From Flavobacteriales bacterium (GTDB lineage Bacteria; Bacteroidota; Bacteroidia; Flavobacteriales_F; PHOS-HE28): a stretch of 64,000 nt of DNA. This document shows positions 1 to 11,400 of this stretch, piece after piece (the stretch's first letter is position 1; every line of letters starts with the position of its first letter). Made by a program: the position numbers and the translations under genes. The stretch covers positions 487 to 64,486 of the forward strand of contig JADJCS010000004.1 in assembly GCA_016703105.1 (NCBI GenBank). The letters are read 5' to 3'. Below the pieces are notes generated by a model. The model did not search any database and was not told the origin of the DNA. It was given only the letters and a program-made list of their open reading frames with translations.

Positions 1-32
1 GCCGTGATCTTCCTCCCGCACTTTGCGCGCTG

Positions 33-886
33 GTGTTCTATGCCTTCAACTTCAAGTTCATGGCGGACAAGATGTTCTACCCGCCGAAAGAGAAGTTGAT
101 GCGCGTGTGGTCGCGATCACCGACAGCACGGCCAACCTCGCTCGCGATCGCCATCGAACAGAACGGCGATGCACGTGCCCTACCCCATCGGATGATAGCT
201 ACCACCACCAACAGCTTTCGACACGATCGGCGGCGGGTCGGTGTTGGTGACCTATTGCACGGTGTGCAGGACCGACGTCGTGGAAGCCGGTGGTGAACGG
301 CGAGCCTGCGAGACGTTCCGACTGGTCGGCATGGACCATTTCAATGCCATGTTCGAGGACAGCCGCACCGGCTCTTGGTGGCGGCAGGTCAGCGGTGAAT
401 GCATCCTGGGACCGCTGAAAGGGCAGCAACTGGAGGAGGTGCCCAGCCAGCAAATGACGCTAGCGGAATTCGCGGTGCACCATCCCAACGGACTCGTGTT
501 CCAACCCGACACCAACTTCACCGAGCGGTACGCGGGACTTGAAGGCTTCGATGATGGTACCATTGAGTCTTCCCTGGAGTATCGCGATACCGCGAGCTGG
601 CAGATGAAGAGTTGGTGTGGTGGGTGTGGTGCATAATGGAGAGGCAAGGGCGTATGATTGGAACGACCTTGAGCGGGAGAGGAAGGTTGTGGATACGCTT
701 GGGGGGGAAGCGATCGTGGTTGTGACAGGGGCTGAAGGATTCTCGGTTAGTCGTTACCCTGGCATTTCGAGCGTATCATACGATTCTCTCTCATCCGTTT
801 GGCCCAAGGAGCTTCCCGCCTACCAGGAATTCTGGCACAGCTGGCGCACCTTCCACCCGAACACCACGCGCTACGAACCGCGCTAA
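33..886 (+). pseudogene. DUF3179-family protein (two tandem half-domains). The reading frame is broken twice, near 215-225 and near 620-636. It is either a pseudogene or carries homopolymer sequencing errors.
   Basis: Pieces in three frames join into recognisable DUF3179 motifs: AIAIEQNGDARALP...DTIGGGSVLVTYCTVCRT...DSRTGSWWRQVSGECILGPLKGQQL...HHPNGLVF. A second copy of the motifs follows: VVHNGEARAYDWNDL...FWHSWRTFHPNT. Confidence 0.5.
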
Positions 887-1209
887 GTAGTTTGGCGGAA
901 AGATCCCGCCATGGCGCACGATCCTCCGAACAGCGCATCGCCGAGGCGCTGGAAGCAGGCGCGAAACCCGAACACAAAAAGATGTTCGGCGGCGTGTGCT
1001 TCATGGTGCATGGGAACATGAGCGTGGGCATCACCAACAAAGGCGACTTTATGGTGCGTTTCGATGGTTCACGACATGCGAAAATAAGCAAATGGCCCGG
1101 GGCTAAACCGATGACCTTCGGCAAGGGCGACATGAAAGGCTTCCTCTTCGTGGACGCCGATGCTGTGGAGAGCCCGAAGGCCTTGGAGAAGTGGGTGACG
1201 ATGCTTTAA
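799..1209 (+). CDS. TfoX N-terminal domain protein. The start codon is uncertain.
   Basis: The motif KKMFGGVCFMVHGNMSVGITNKGDFMVRFDG matches TfoX_N. The gene ends in TAA. Confidence 0.55.
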   Translation: MAQGASRLPGILAQLAHLPPEHHALRTALSSLAERSRHGARSSEQRIAEALEAGAKPEHKKMFGGVCFMVHGNMSVGITNKGDFMVRFDGSRHAKISKWPGAKPMTFGKGDMKGFLFVDADAVESPKALEKWVTML

Positions 1210-1782
1210 CAGGGCGTCCTGTTGGGCAGCTTGTCCCACCATCTCTTCGGACCGCTCGTGGTGCTTGGCTGTATCGGCGTGCTCGTTTGGATGAGCGCCG
1301 AACTGTTCCGAGACGACGCTACTTGCGAAGTCTTCTGTACAGCACGCCTCTAGCTTGGTATGGCGCGGTGTTCCTCGGCGTTTACCATGTCGTGCGGCTG
1401 TGCTACTTCATTTCCACACGTTCCATCCACGATCATGCACGAGTCGATGTGGCGCTAACGCCGCTCGAACGCCCATCGCACAACGCTCCTTTCGGTCGCC
1501 GATCGCCTCGTTCTTACTGACGGGTACCCGCTCGACCGCCCAATGCCCCGGCTGCCAGACCGACCTCGCCTGCCAGGTGAGCCCGGCCTATCCCACGCTC
1601 CGCCCCGCAGCACCGCCTGCCGCCACCGCTGGCGTACTATGAGACCGATCTCACCTTCTGGCTGCCGGCCACCTTCGATGATCCGGGCACGGGCCTCACC
1701 GTGGACTTTCTGCAGATGACGATCATCGCATCGCTGGAATTCCGTTCGGCCTGGCCATCGAGACCAGCATGATCCGCTCGGC

Positions 1783-3235
1783 GTGTACGACCCACAGCAA
1801 GCGAATTCGGTTGCGCGCGCATCTGCGGAACTCCGCTCGGTGCCGGCACCTTCCATCGCCATCAGCATTCTCGCCACGGTGGAGTTCAGTGGCTTCGAGG
1901 TGGATGTCGGAGACCTTCCCGTGATCCTTACCGTCCTCCCGGGCACGGGCTCAATTTCGGTTTCACCTTCTCGCCTTCGAGCGGCTGCGCCGGTCACCAG
2001 CACCTTCGGCCCGCTGATCGCCACGAGGTGGCGCACCGGTCACCTACGATTGGGACTTCGGCAACGGGAACCTCTTCACAGGCGATACTCCGCCGCCACA
2101 GACCTTCACCAAGCCGGTGACCACCTGGTCACACTCACCACCTCGATCGGCGGCTACCAACTCGACCAGGTGGAACTGGTGAAGCCGAACGGCAACTGGT
2201 GCGGTGATGTGGAAGAGCCGAATATTCCCTCGATCGGATGCACGGGTTCGCCGGATCTACTACGTGATCGCCGATGGGAACGGCGACAGTTACACCTCGT
2301 CCACGCAAAGATGATGCGAGCGGTGCCACTTGGAGCGCCCTGGGCGTAACGCTCAGCCAACCGCCCTACTCGATCGCCTTCTTCGACGAGGATCCTGTAG
2401 CCAGGATGACGCGCTCGGCACGTACAACCTGACGTTGGGTGTTCCCGGCACTTACCCCTTCAGCATCGCTGGCGGAACGGTGGGTTCACTTGGATATTTC
2501 GGAGACAGTGCTTCAAATTTTCCATGATACTGATATCGTGCAGGTGTTCGCCTTGCCCGACATGACATGGACCTACGACAGTCTCTCGCAGACCCTCTGC
2601 CTCGGCGATACCGCGCTGGTAAGCGTGACCTGGTTCCTGGACGGTGATACCATCCCGAACGCGACCGGCCTCTGCGTTCAAACCAATGATCCCGGCAGCT
2701 ACTGGGCCACCGGCACGAACGGTTTCGGGTGCACCGGGCAGAGTGACACGTTGGTGATCGCCCCTCATCACCGTTACGTACGACACAGGCATCGTACACC
2801 GACAACGGTTTCGCCACCTACGCTTGGACCTTCAACGGCAACCTGATCGCTGGAGCGGACGGCGCTTTCATCTTCGCGCAGGGTGATGGGAACTATGAGG
2901 TGACCATCACAACCGATGATGGCTGCACCGTGAGCGCGGAGTACACGCTCATCTCTACCGGAGTTTCAAGCGAGGCGACGCAAGCCGCACACTTGATCGT
3001 GTTCCCCGTACCGAACGAGGGGCACTTCACGGTGCGCGTTTTTGGCGCCACAGAAGGGCAGGCGGAACTGCAGGTGACGGATGTACAAGGACGTGTGCAT
3101 ACCTCACTTCGGCCCTGGCTTGTGGGCGATACCTCCATCGAGATCGATCTTGGCGATGTAGCCCCGGGAACGTATTTGGTGCGACTGGTGGATGTGCGCG
3201 GGAACACGCTGGTACGATCAGTGACCGTGTACTGA
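1783..3235 (+). pseudogene. Secreted PKD-repeat protein with a T9SS C-terminal sorting domain. It is fragmented by frameshifts (for example ccggtgac versus an expected ccgggtgac near 2125, and another near 2760). The last 111 codons (2900..3235) are an intact CTD.
   Basis: PKD-like segments VTYDWDFGNGNLFTGDTPPPQTFTKP(G)DHLVTLTTSIGG and SYTDNGFATYAWTFNGNL...GNYEVTITTDDGCTVSAEY. The C-terminus ...HFTVRVFGATEGQAELQVTDVQGRVH...LGDVAPGTYLVRLVDVRGNTLVRSVTVY is a typical Por_Secre_tail. Confidence 0.5.
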
Positions 3236-3303
3236 ACCGACCTCTCAGAAACAGGAAAGCCGCGCCCGAAAAGGGACGCGGCTTTCGCATTCCGTCCTAG
3301 TGC

Positions 3304-5916
3304 TCAGGGCAATTGCTGTAACCGCACCGCGGTCGGTATCGTTCCGCCGATGGTCAACAGGATAGGATCACGGTCGTTGGCGCCGCCCGCATACCTCACC
3401 TGGCCGTTCAGGTTCACATCTTCCGGCCAATAGCCGTTCACGGTAGCCGTGGGTACCAGCCCGCCGATCCACCAGGATGGGGTCGCGGTCGTTGCACCAC
3501 CGGCGTATTTCACCTGGCCGTTGAAGGTGACATCACCCGCCCACAAGCTTTGCGACGGAAAGCGCCGGTAACGCTCTTGCGGGCGTTGGTGCCGAAAGTG
3601 GTCGTGGCCAACGACGTGAAGTCCACGGTGGTGGGCGAAGCGCCGATCGGGACGCCGTTCAGAGTCATCACCCCAAGGTGGTTGCGGTGGCGCATCACCA
3701 CGCGATAGGTACCGGCCGCGATGGTGAAGGTGAGCGCAGAGACCCCATCATTGGCCACAACATCGCCATCGCACTGCACAAGCGCTGGTGTGTTCGCGAC
3801 CACGATCGTAGGTGTGGTATTGTCCCGTAGCTCAACCACCACCCAATCCACGATGGCGTTGCCACCGGTGACCGCAAGCACCGCTGGCGCCACGGTGGGA
3901 CCGCTGCCATTGTTCCCCAAATAGGCATACCCCAATGCGGTATAAGGCTCCGAGGAAGGGATGTGGCCACCGCTCCGCAAACCATCACCCATCAACCCGG
4001 TGTTCGGATTGTACGGCCCATCCAGGAAGGCGCGCGCTCCGACGGTGGGGTTGACAGACCTCCTCCGTGAGTTCTCCACCCACCCGTATTCCCAAGGTCG
4101 ATGGTGGTGATGGTCAGTCCGCCGCGCCGAGAAGTTGGTAGGAGAGAACGATCAGCGCTTGACCGGAGGTCGCTTCCCGGCCACCGGTGGTGAAGGTCAG
4201 CCGGTCCCTGCCAGGGTGAGCGTGCCATTGGTCACGCTGAGGGGATCTCGACATGCTTGCACCCGCATCCACATCCGCCACGGCGATCAATTTCCATTGC
4301 CCGCAATAGGGTCAGGCTGTTCTGGTTCGTGGCCTGTGCAGCGGGCACGGTATTCACCAGGGATCGTTCAACGCGGTGCCCGTCATCGGCTTGCTACCCG
4401 TAACAGGGCTGCAACTCCATCGCTCACACTGGTGATGATGTTGAAGTTCGTGTTGAAATTCGCGCAGGAACGAAGGTGACACCCGCAAGCAACGTGTTCA
4501 CGTTGGCGATCGCACCGCTGGCCGTCCACACACCCGCACTGAAGGTGGAGTGACGCGCCGGATGTTGCGGTGCTCAGGCCTGCTGATACGTTCGAGAGCG
4601 TCAATGTCGCCGTGGTGGTCGCAGGTCCACATCGCTCACAACGATGTCGTCAGGTTCAACGACGTCCTCCGTGTAGCCGCCGCGCTCAGGTTGGTCGCCG
4701 TCGGCGCATCGTTCACCGCGGTGCCGTCATCGGCTCTACCCGTAACGGGAGCGCAACGCCATCGCTCACACTGCTGACGATGTTGAAGTTCATGTTGAAA
4801 TTCGCCGCAGGAACGAACGTGACACCCGCAAGCAACGTGTTCACGTTGGCGATCGCACCGCTGGCCGTCCATACACCAGCACTGAAGGTGGAGGTGACCG
4901 CGCCCGATGTGGCCGTGAATCCCGCTGACACGTTCGACAAGGTCAGTGTTGCTGTGGTCGTCGCATGGTCCACGTCGCTCACAACGATGTTGATGGTTCA
5001 CCAGTCTCCGTAGCTCTCCGCCGCGCTCAGGTTGGTGGCCGTCGGCGCATCGTTCCCCGCGGTGATGGTGAGGCTCGCCACATCGGTGGCCGTGGAGAAG
5101 GCGGTGGTGCCACCGTTGGTCGATGCATCCGCCGTGCTGCCGTTCGTGCCGCTCGTCTGATCCCATGCGCGGAAGGTGATCGCCGTGGCGATGGCGCCGT
5201 TGAAGTTGGCAGTGGGCTGGAAGTACAAACGCGAGTTCGCATCCGCAGCAAGCAAGCGGCTCGCCACGCCACTGGGCACACCAAGCGCATTCCAAGCACC
5301 GCCATTGTTGATCGAATAGAACCAGGTTCCGTTGGTCGCATCCGCGCCTGATCGCGATACCGGTTATCGCACCGGCATCCGCATCGGTCACGTTATCCAT
5401 TCCACCTGCTGGTGGGTTGGGGTCACAAGAGCGGACACCAGCGTGCCCACGCGCCCGAAGGAGCGCCGGCATCCTCGTTCTGCGCGGTGAGCGCCGGGCT
5501 TGGGACCGTGCTCAAGACCGGCGCTGTGTTCACCGGTGTGGAGAACACGATACCATACTCCTCGACCTGGCCGAACTGGATGGGGGTGGTGCATGACCCG
5601 GGTGTCGTGTTCACGAAATCGAGATCACGCGCATCCGGCGCAACACGTCCGGCGTGGGCGCTACCGGGGTGGTGAACGAACCGGAACGAACGTTCAGGCC
5701 ATTGGCCGGGGCGAAGATCTGCTCTCCCCCATCGACGAAGTCGCCATCGCCATTGTAGTCGATGAAGACACGCACCCACTGGTTGTTGAAGGCGCCTACC
5801 GTGACCGAAATGTTGTAGAGCGTATTGGCGCTCAGGACGGTGTTGTCCGAGCAGGTGTAGTCGTTCATGACCGCGCCATCATAGACCGTGGTCTGGTCGA
5901 TGGTGTTGAGCGTCAC
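3304..5916 (-). other. Downstream continuation of the M43 protease gene. It contains a second GEVED-like domain, VNDAP-type tandem adhesin repeats and a dockerin-like C-terminus. The frame is broken at four or more sites.
   Basis: Minus-strand fragments RVFIDYNGDGDFVDGGEQIF, GQVEEYGIVF, LTITAGNDAPTATNLSAAE, LTLSNVSAGFTATSGAVTS...NFNMNFNIVSSVSDGVA and EDVNLNGQVRYAGGANDRDPILLTIGG. Confidence 0.5.
4340..5130. repeat. Direct tandem DNA repeat of about 342 bp, two to three copies. It lies inside the adhesin-repeat coding region.
   Basis: ccatcgctcacactg...gatgttgaagttc.tgttgaaattcgc...gtgacacccgcaagcaacgtgttcacgttggcgatcgcaccgctggccgtcca.aca occurs at 4417 and again at 4759. A third partial copy starts near 5020. 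Confidence 0.8.
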
Positions 5917-8285
5917 GTTGAAGATCCCGATGCCCGAGCGGGGGCCGTTGAACGCGTAACCACGCAGCCAGCGGTCGGTGAGGCATACACAGTGACATAG
6001 CCCGTCTTTGTCATGGTGCTCCCCGCTCCGTTCACATTGGACGCCACGAGCGTCACGTTATAAGTGCCCGCAGCGGCGTACGTGATCACTGGGTTCTGCG
6101 AGGTCGAGGTGGAGGGCGTGCCGCCGGTGAACGTCCACGACCACGAGGTCGGGGAGAGCAGGGACTGGTCCGTGAACGTGACGCTGCTTCCCGCGCAAAT
6201 ACGCAGCGGACTTCCAGCGAACTCGGACAGCGGCGGACCGGTCACGGTCATTGTTACCGTGTTCGATAGCGCCGGGGACGAGATCACACCGGCCAGGTTC
6301 GAGGCGATCTCGCAGTACACCGTGGTTCCGGGCATCAGGTTGTTGCTCTGGTAGGTGGCACCGGCGCCCACGGGCGCGCCGTTGCGGAACCACGTGTAAA
6401 CAGGTGAGGCGCCACCGTTCACCGGAGTGGGTGTGAAGGTGACGTTCGTGCCATAGGTGATGGTACTGCTGGGCGAGGCCGCGATGGAAACACTGGCCAC
6501 GTTGCTGGAGATGTAGACCCCGTAATCTTCCACGTCCCCGATGAAGAACGCCGATCCGCAGGTGCGTTCCGTGGCGCTGAGTGTGCCGGCCTCCCCATAG
6601 ATGCGCATGCGTAACAGCGTGTTGGCAACGGCACCGCCGGGAACGGTCACGTTCGCGTTGAGCGTGGTGGATGTGTTCGCCGGTGTGGAGCCGGTGATCA
6701 CGCGCTCGCTGGGATCCTCGAACACGCCGTTGTTGTTCCAATCGATGTAGCCGTTGAGCGATTCAGCCGCGCTTCCGCCCGCACGGATGGAGACGGACAG
6801 CGGGTAGGTGCCGCCCGCTGCGAGCACGGTGCTGCGGGTGCAGGTGAAGTCCGTGTAGGCCACGTTGTTCGTGAGGTCCGTAGCGTTGGAGATGGTGTTG
6901 AAGACCACGTTGTTCACCGTTTGGGCGCAGTTGCACGCGTTGCTGGAGGTGGGTGTGCAAGCGGCCACCGGCGCGGATGCCACCACCACTACGCCGTTCT
7001 CGGTGCGCACATAGGTGCCGAGCGTGGTGGTTACGGTGAGCGTAACGCTGTAGATGCCAGGGCTTGTGAGCGTGAAGGTGGGGCGGCGGACAGCGGAGTT
7101 GAGGGTGATGATCCCGTTGGTGATGGACCAGGCGAAGGTGATGCCGGGGAATTCAGCGTCGCTCAAATACGTGTTCGGCAGGCAGAGGGACAGGTCTTCC
7201 ATGGTTACCGTTTGGCCGGTGCCGCACAGCACCGCTGCGGACGCACGGAAGTCCAACTGCGGAGCGCCTGGCGGTACCAGGGACATGTTGCCGTTGGCCG
7301 CGAGGTAGGAGCCGCGCTGGCTGGTCATGGCCAGTTGGGCGCGGGTGCGCTGCCCGGTGGTGAACATGTTCACCGCGCATGAGCTGTAGTTCATGTAATT
7401 GAAGATGTGCAGGCTTTGGGAGGAGCCGCCATCGCATGAATTGGTACCTGCCGGATTGCAGCTGCTGGGCCGGATGTGCGGTGGGATGTCGCAGACCTGG
7501 TCACCGTCCGTGGAGCAGGTGCCATTAGGCGGGCAGGTGGTGCCGTTCACGTCGCCTTCGAACGTGTGGTAGAGGTTGAACGCGTGACCGAGCTCATGGG
7601 CGAGCACACTGCCGCTCTGCATGTAAGCGGCCAACATCACCGTGCCGTCGATGGGGGATCCATGGCTGCCCGCGAAAAAGGCATAGCCCGCCACCGGACC
7701 GCCGTTGTCGATCTCCGACACCAGCCAGATGTTGTAGTACTGGTTGGGGTCCCAGTTCTTGTAGGCTTTCAGGTCCGCGTCCGGCATGCCGAGCGCTCCA
7801 TCGTGCGCCACGCCATTGGCCACGTAGCTCGCGTTCCAGGTCATGTCCGTTCGGGTGATGCCCGTGGTGCAGTTGCCCTGCGGATCGCGCACGGCAAGGA
7901 CGAACTCGATGTTCATGTCCGCGCCTGTCCCCGCACCGGGCGACCCGGCGACTTTGCGCCAGTACTCGTTCGTCAACTTGATCCCGGCCCGGATCTGGTC
8001 GTCCGTAATAGCTGTAGCCCCCGTACCGATGTCCATCACATGCACCACCACCGGCACCTTGTAGGTGTTGATGTCGCGCTCGAACAGCGGTGCAGCCTGC
8101 TGGGCCAACGCGTTGAAGTCGTTCACTCGCTGACTATACGCTTGGTCGACGAGCATCCTTTCGCGGTGCCCCTCGTCGAACCCGCACCCTAGGATCTGGG
8201 CGCTCGTATGTGTGCCAGCCACCAGGGCCGCGACAAGGAGCAGGTACTTCGCGATCGAGGCGGCAGGGTTCATGGGGGAGATCAT
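5913..8285 (-). CDS. Secreted zinc metallopeptidase of the M43 cytophagalysin/pappalysin family, followed by PKD and GEVED domains. The start is set at MISPMNPAASIAKYLLLVAALVAG, which looks like a signal peptide.
   Basis: HELGHAFNLYHTF zinc-binding motif. A GEVED motif LNGYIDWNNNGVFED...GDVEDYGVYI. PKD-like segments. The ORF is intact for 790 aa. Confidence 0.85.
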   Translation of the reverse strand: MISPMNPAASIAKYLLLVAALVAGTHTSAQILGCGFDEGHRERMLVDQAYSQRVNDFNALAQQAAPLFERDINTYKVPVVVHVMDIGTGATAITDDQIRAGIKLTNEYWRKVAGSPGAGTGADMNIEFVLAVRDPQGNCTTGITRTDMTWNASYVANGVAHDGALGMPDADLKAYKNWDPNQYYNIWLVSEIDNGGPVAGYAFFAGSHGSPIDGTVMLAAYMQSGSVLAHELGHAFNLYHTFEGDVNGTTCPPNGTCSTDGDQVCDIPPHIRPSSCNPAGTNSCDGGSSQSLHIFNYMNYSSCAVNMFTTGQRTRAQLAMTSQRGSYLAANGNMSLVPPGAPQLDFRASAAVLCGTGQTVTMEDLSLCLPNTYLSDAEFPGITFAWSITNGIITLNSAVRRPTFTLTSPGIYSVTLTVTTTLGTYVRTENGVVVVASAPVAACTPTSSNACNCAQTVNNVVFNTISNATDLTNNVAYTDFTCTRSTVLAAGGTYPLSVSIRAGGSAAESLNGYIDWNNNGVFEDPSERVITGSTPANTSTTLNANVTVPGGAVANTLLRMRIYGEAGTLSATERTCGSAFFIGDVEDYGVYISSNVASVSIAASPSSTITYGTNVTFTPTPVNGGASPVYTWFRNGAPVGAGATYQSNNLMPGTTVYCEIASNLAGVISSPALSNTVTMTVTGPPLSEFAGSPLRICAGSSVTFTDQSLLSPTSWSWTFTGGTPSTSTSQNPVITYAAAGTYNVTLVASNVNGAGSTMTKTGYVTVYASPTAGCVVTRSTAPARASGSST

Positions 8286-8481
8286 GCGTGCTGAAAAGGT
8301 GAGGTGGTCGTTATCCGCTGGGCATCCGCGATCCAAGCGTTGGGCCGCGGCCAGCCAAAATAGGCAAGTGATCCCATGCGACACCCCTAACCTTCGTTAG
8401 GTGTCTTTCGATCTTTTAACAGTCCCAGGTGTATGGTTCAGGGGAAAGGCCCCCTGCCAACCCCCATACCTTTAGCCCACT

Positions 8482-11400
8482 ATGCGCTCGGACCACGACC
8501 TTTTGATCAGCAAGCTTGACGCCTTTACGCGCAAGTATTACAAGGACCAGTTGCTCCGTGGTGCCCTATACAGCGTGGGCCTATTGATCCTGGCCTACCT
8601 GGTGGCCGCAGGTCTGGAGTACGTGGGCCGCTTCGGCTCCGGCGTGCGCACCGGGCTGTTCTATGGCTACCTGCTCGCTGCGGCGGCCGTGCTGGTGCGC
8701 TTCATCGCCATCCCGCTCTTCAAGCTTTTCCGCTTGGGCAAGGTGATCAGCCATGCGGAGGCCGCGCGCATCATCGGCGACCACTTCAGCGAGGTGAAGG
8801 ACAAACTGCTGAACACCCTACAGCTTCGCGACCAGAGCGCCGTCGACCCCAGGCACCGGGAGTTGATCGAGGCCAGTATCGCGCAACGCAGCCGTGAGCT
8901 GGGGCCGGTACCTTTCGCCGCCGCTATCGACCTGCGGCGCAACACGAAGTACCTGCGCTATGCGCTTCCTCCCCTTCTGCTGCTCCTCTTGCTGCTCGTG
9001 GCCGCGCCATCGCTGATCACCGGCCCCACGCAACGACTGATCCGCCATGGCAACGAGTTCGTGCCCGAAGCTCCCTTCCGGTTCAAAGTGCTCAATGCCG
9101 AACTGATCGTGCCCGAGCAACAGGACTTCGAACTGGAAGTGGCCCTGGAGGGCGATGTAGTGCCGCAATTGGCGGAGGTGATCGTGGATGGGCGTGCCGT
9201 ACCCCTGGTGAAGGAAGGACCCGCCAAATTCCGCCACCGCTTCCGGAATGTGCAGGAAGCCATCGACTTCACCCTTAGCGCGGAGGGTTTCACCTCACCT
9301 TCCTACACCTTGGAGGTCGTTCCCTCCCCCGCGCTGGTGGATGTTTCCTTGACCGTGGAGCCGCCCGCCTATCTGGGCCTCCCTTCCGAAACAGTGCGCA
9401 ATGCCGGCGACGCTACCGTTCCTGCAGGCTCTCGGGTCACTTGGTCCATCGCTACACGAAGCGCCGAGCGGCTCGACCTGATCTTTGAGGATACCACCTT
9501 CGCCCTTGCGCCCAGCGGTAGCGATCGGTTCGTCGCCGTGCGCCGCTTTCTGCAAGGCCGCACCTACCGCATGGTGCCGCGCCATGGCGAGCGCGTGCCC
9601 GTGGACCCGCTGAACTACCGCATCGAAGTGGTGCCCGACCTGCATCCTACGATCGAGATCGACGAACAGGTGGACAGTGCCGCCCTCAAGCGCCGCTACT
9701 TCCAAGGGCTGGTGGGCGATGACCATGGCTTCACGCGCTTGCAGTTCCACTACCGCTTCATAGCCGGTGGTGACAGCGTGGCACCCGAGCAGCAAGAAGG
9801 TGTTCGCGATCTTTCCATCGATCGCAAGAACACGCGACAGGAGTTCTTCCACGAATGGGACGTGTACGACCTGACGATCAATCCGGGCGACCGTATCGAG
9901 TACTGGTTCGAAGTGTGGGACAACGATGGTGTGAACGGCGCCAAGCGCACCCGCAGCGCCACCGGCGTGTTCGAGGCGCCCACTTTGGACGATCTCGCCA
10001 AAGCGCGCAGCGAACAGAGCGAAGCCATCGCCAGCGACCTGAAGCAAGGCATTAAGGAAGCCCAGGACCTGCAACGCGAGCTGGACAAGTTGCGCCGCGA
10101 CCTGCTCGACAAAAAGGACCTCGACTGGCAGGACCAGCGCAAGATGCAGGATGTGCTGGACCGGCAGAAGAAGTTGCAGGAAAAGATCGAGCGTACCAGC
10201 GAAGACCTGCGCAACAGCCAGCAACAACAGCAGGAGTACCGGCAGATCGACGAGCGCCTGCAAGAGAAGCAACAGCAGGTGCAGGAGCTCTTCGAGAACG
10301 TGCTGAGCGAGGAGATGAAGGAGCTCTACCGCAAAGTGCAGGAGATGCTGGACAAGTTGGACAAGGAGAAGCTCCAGGAGCAGATGGAGGAGATGAAGAT
10401 GAGCCAGGAGGATATCGAGAAGGAATTGGACCGAAGCCTGGAGCTCTTCAAACAGATGGAGGTGGAGCAGAAAGCGGAGGACATCGCCGACAAGCTGGAA
10501 AAACTCGGCGAAGAGCAGGAGAAACTGGCGGAAGACACCCAGGAGAACAAAGACCCCCAGGAGGACCTGGAGCAGCGGCAGGATTCCCTGAACAAGGCCT
10601 TCGAGGAGGTGCGCAAGGAGATGGACGAGTTGGAGAAGAAGAACGAAGAGTTGGAGAAGCCGCTCGACCTGCCGGACACCGAACAGAAGGAACAGGAGAT
10701 CCAGGACCAGCAGCAGCAGAGCAGCGAACAACTGGACAAGAAACAGAACCAGAAAGCCAGCGAGAACCAGAAGAAGGCCGCCGAGGAAATGAAGCAGATG
10801 GGCTTCCAGATGAAGAGCAGCATGCAGAGCGGCCAGCAGGAACAACAAGAGGAGGACATGGACGCGCTGCGCCAACTGCTCGAGAACATCGTGCAGCTCA
10901 GCTTCGATCAGGAGGAGGTGATGGACGGGCTGGCCGAGGTAACCACCAAGGACCCGCGCTTCGGAGAGCTCGGCCGCACCCAGAAGGAACTACGGGACGA
11001 TGCCAAGGTGATCGAGGATTCGCTCTTCGCCCTAAGCAAGCGCGTGCCCCAGCTCCAGAGCATAGTGAACCGGGAGATGAACGCCGTGAACGGCCACATG
11101 GACGAGGCCCTCTCCCACATCGGCGAAGCCCGCGGTAACGAGCGCCACAAAGGCATGGCGGCGGATGATCAACAGCGCGCCATGACCGCCTTGAACAACC
11201 TGGCCCTGCTGCTGGACGAAGCCCTGCAGCAGATGCAACAGCAGTCCGCCAGCCAAAAGCCCGGCAGCGGCAGTTGCAATAAACCGGGCGGCAGCGGCAG
11301 CGGGCAAGGCAAAAAGCCGAGCATGGCCAAAATGAAAGCCCAGCAGGAAGGCCTGCAGAAGCAGCTCGACGCTATGAAGAAGGCCATGGAGGAGGGCAAG

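Noticed and set aside
4636-5472. 278-aa Arg/His/Cys-rich ORF on the minus strand
   Set aside because: It is an alternative frame of the adhesin tandem-repeat region and is not protein-like.
7476-8192. 238-aa ORF on the plus strand inside the M43 protease gene
   Set aside because: It is antisense to a well-supported CDS and is Arg/His/Val-rich, so it is spurious.
9295-10875. 526-aa Leu-rich ORF on the minus strand
   Set aside because: It is the antisense shadow of the GAG/CAG/AAG-rich coiled-coil coding region of the 1132-aa gene. Its composition (poly-Leu) is the reverse-complement codon bias and it has no independent signals.
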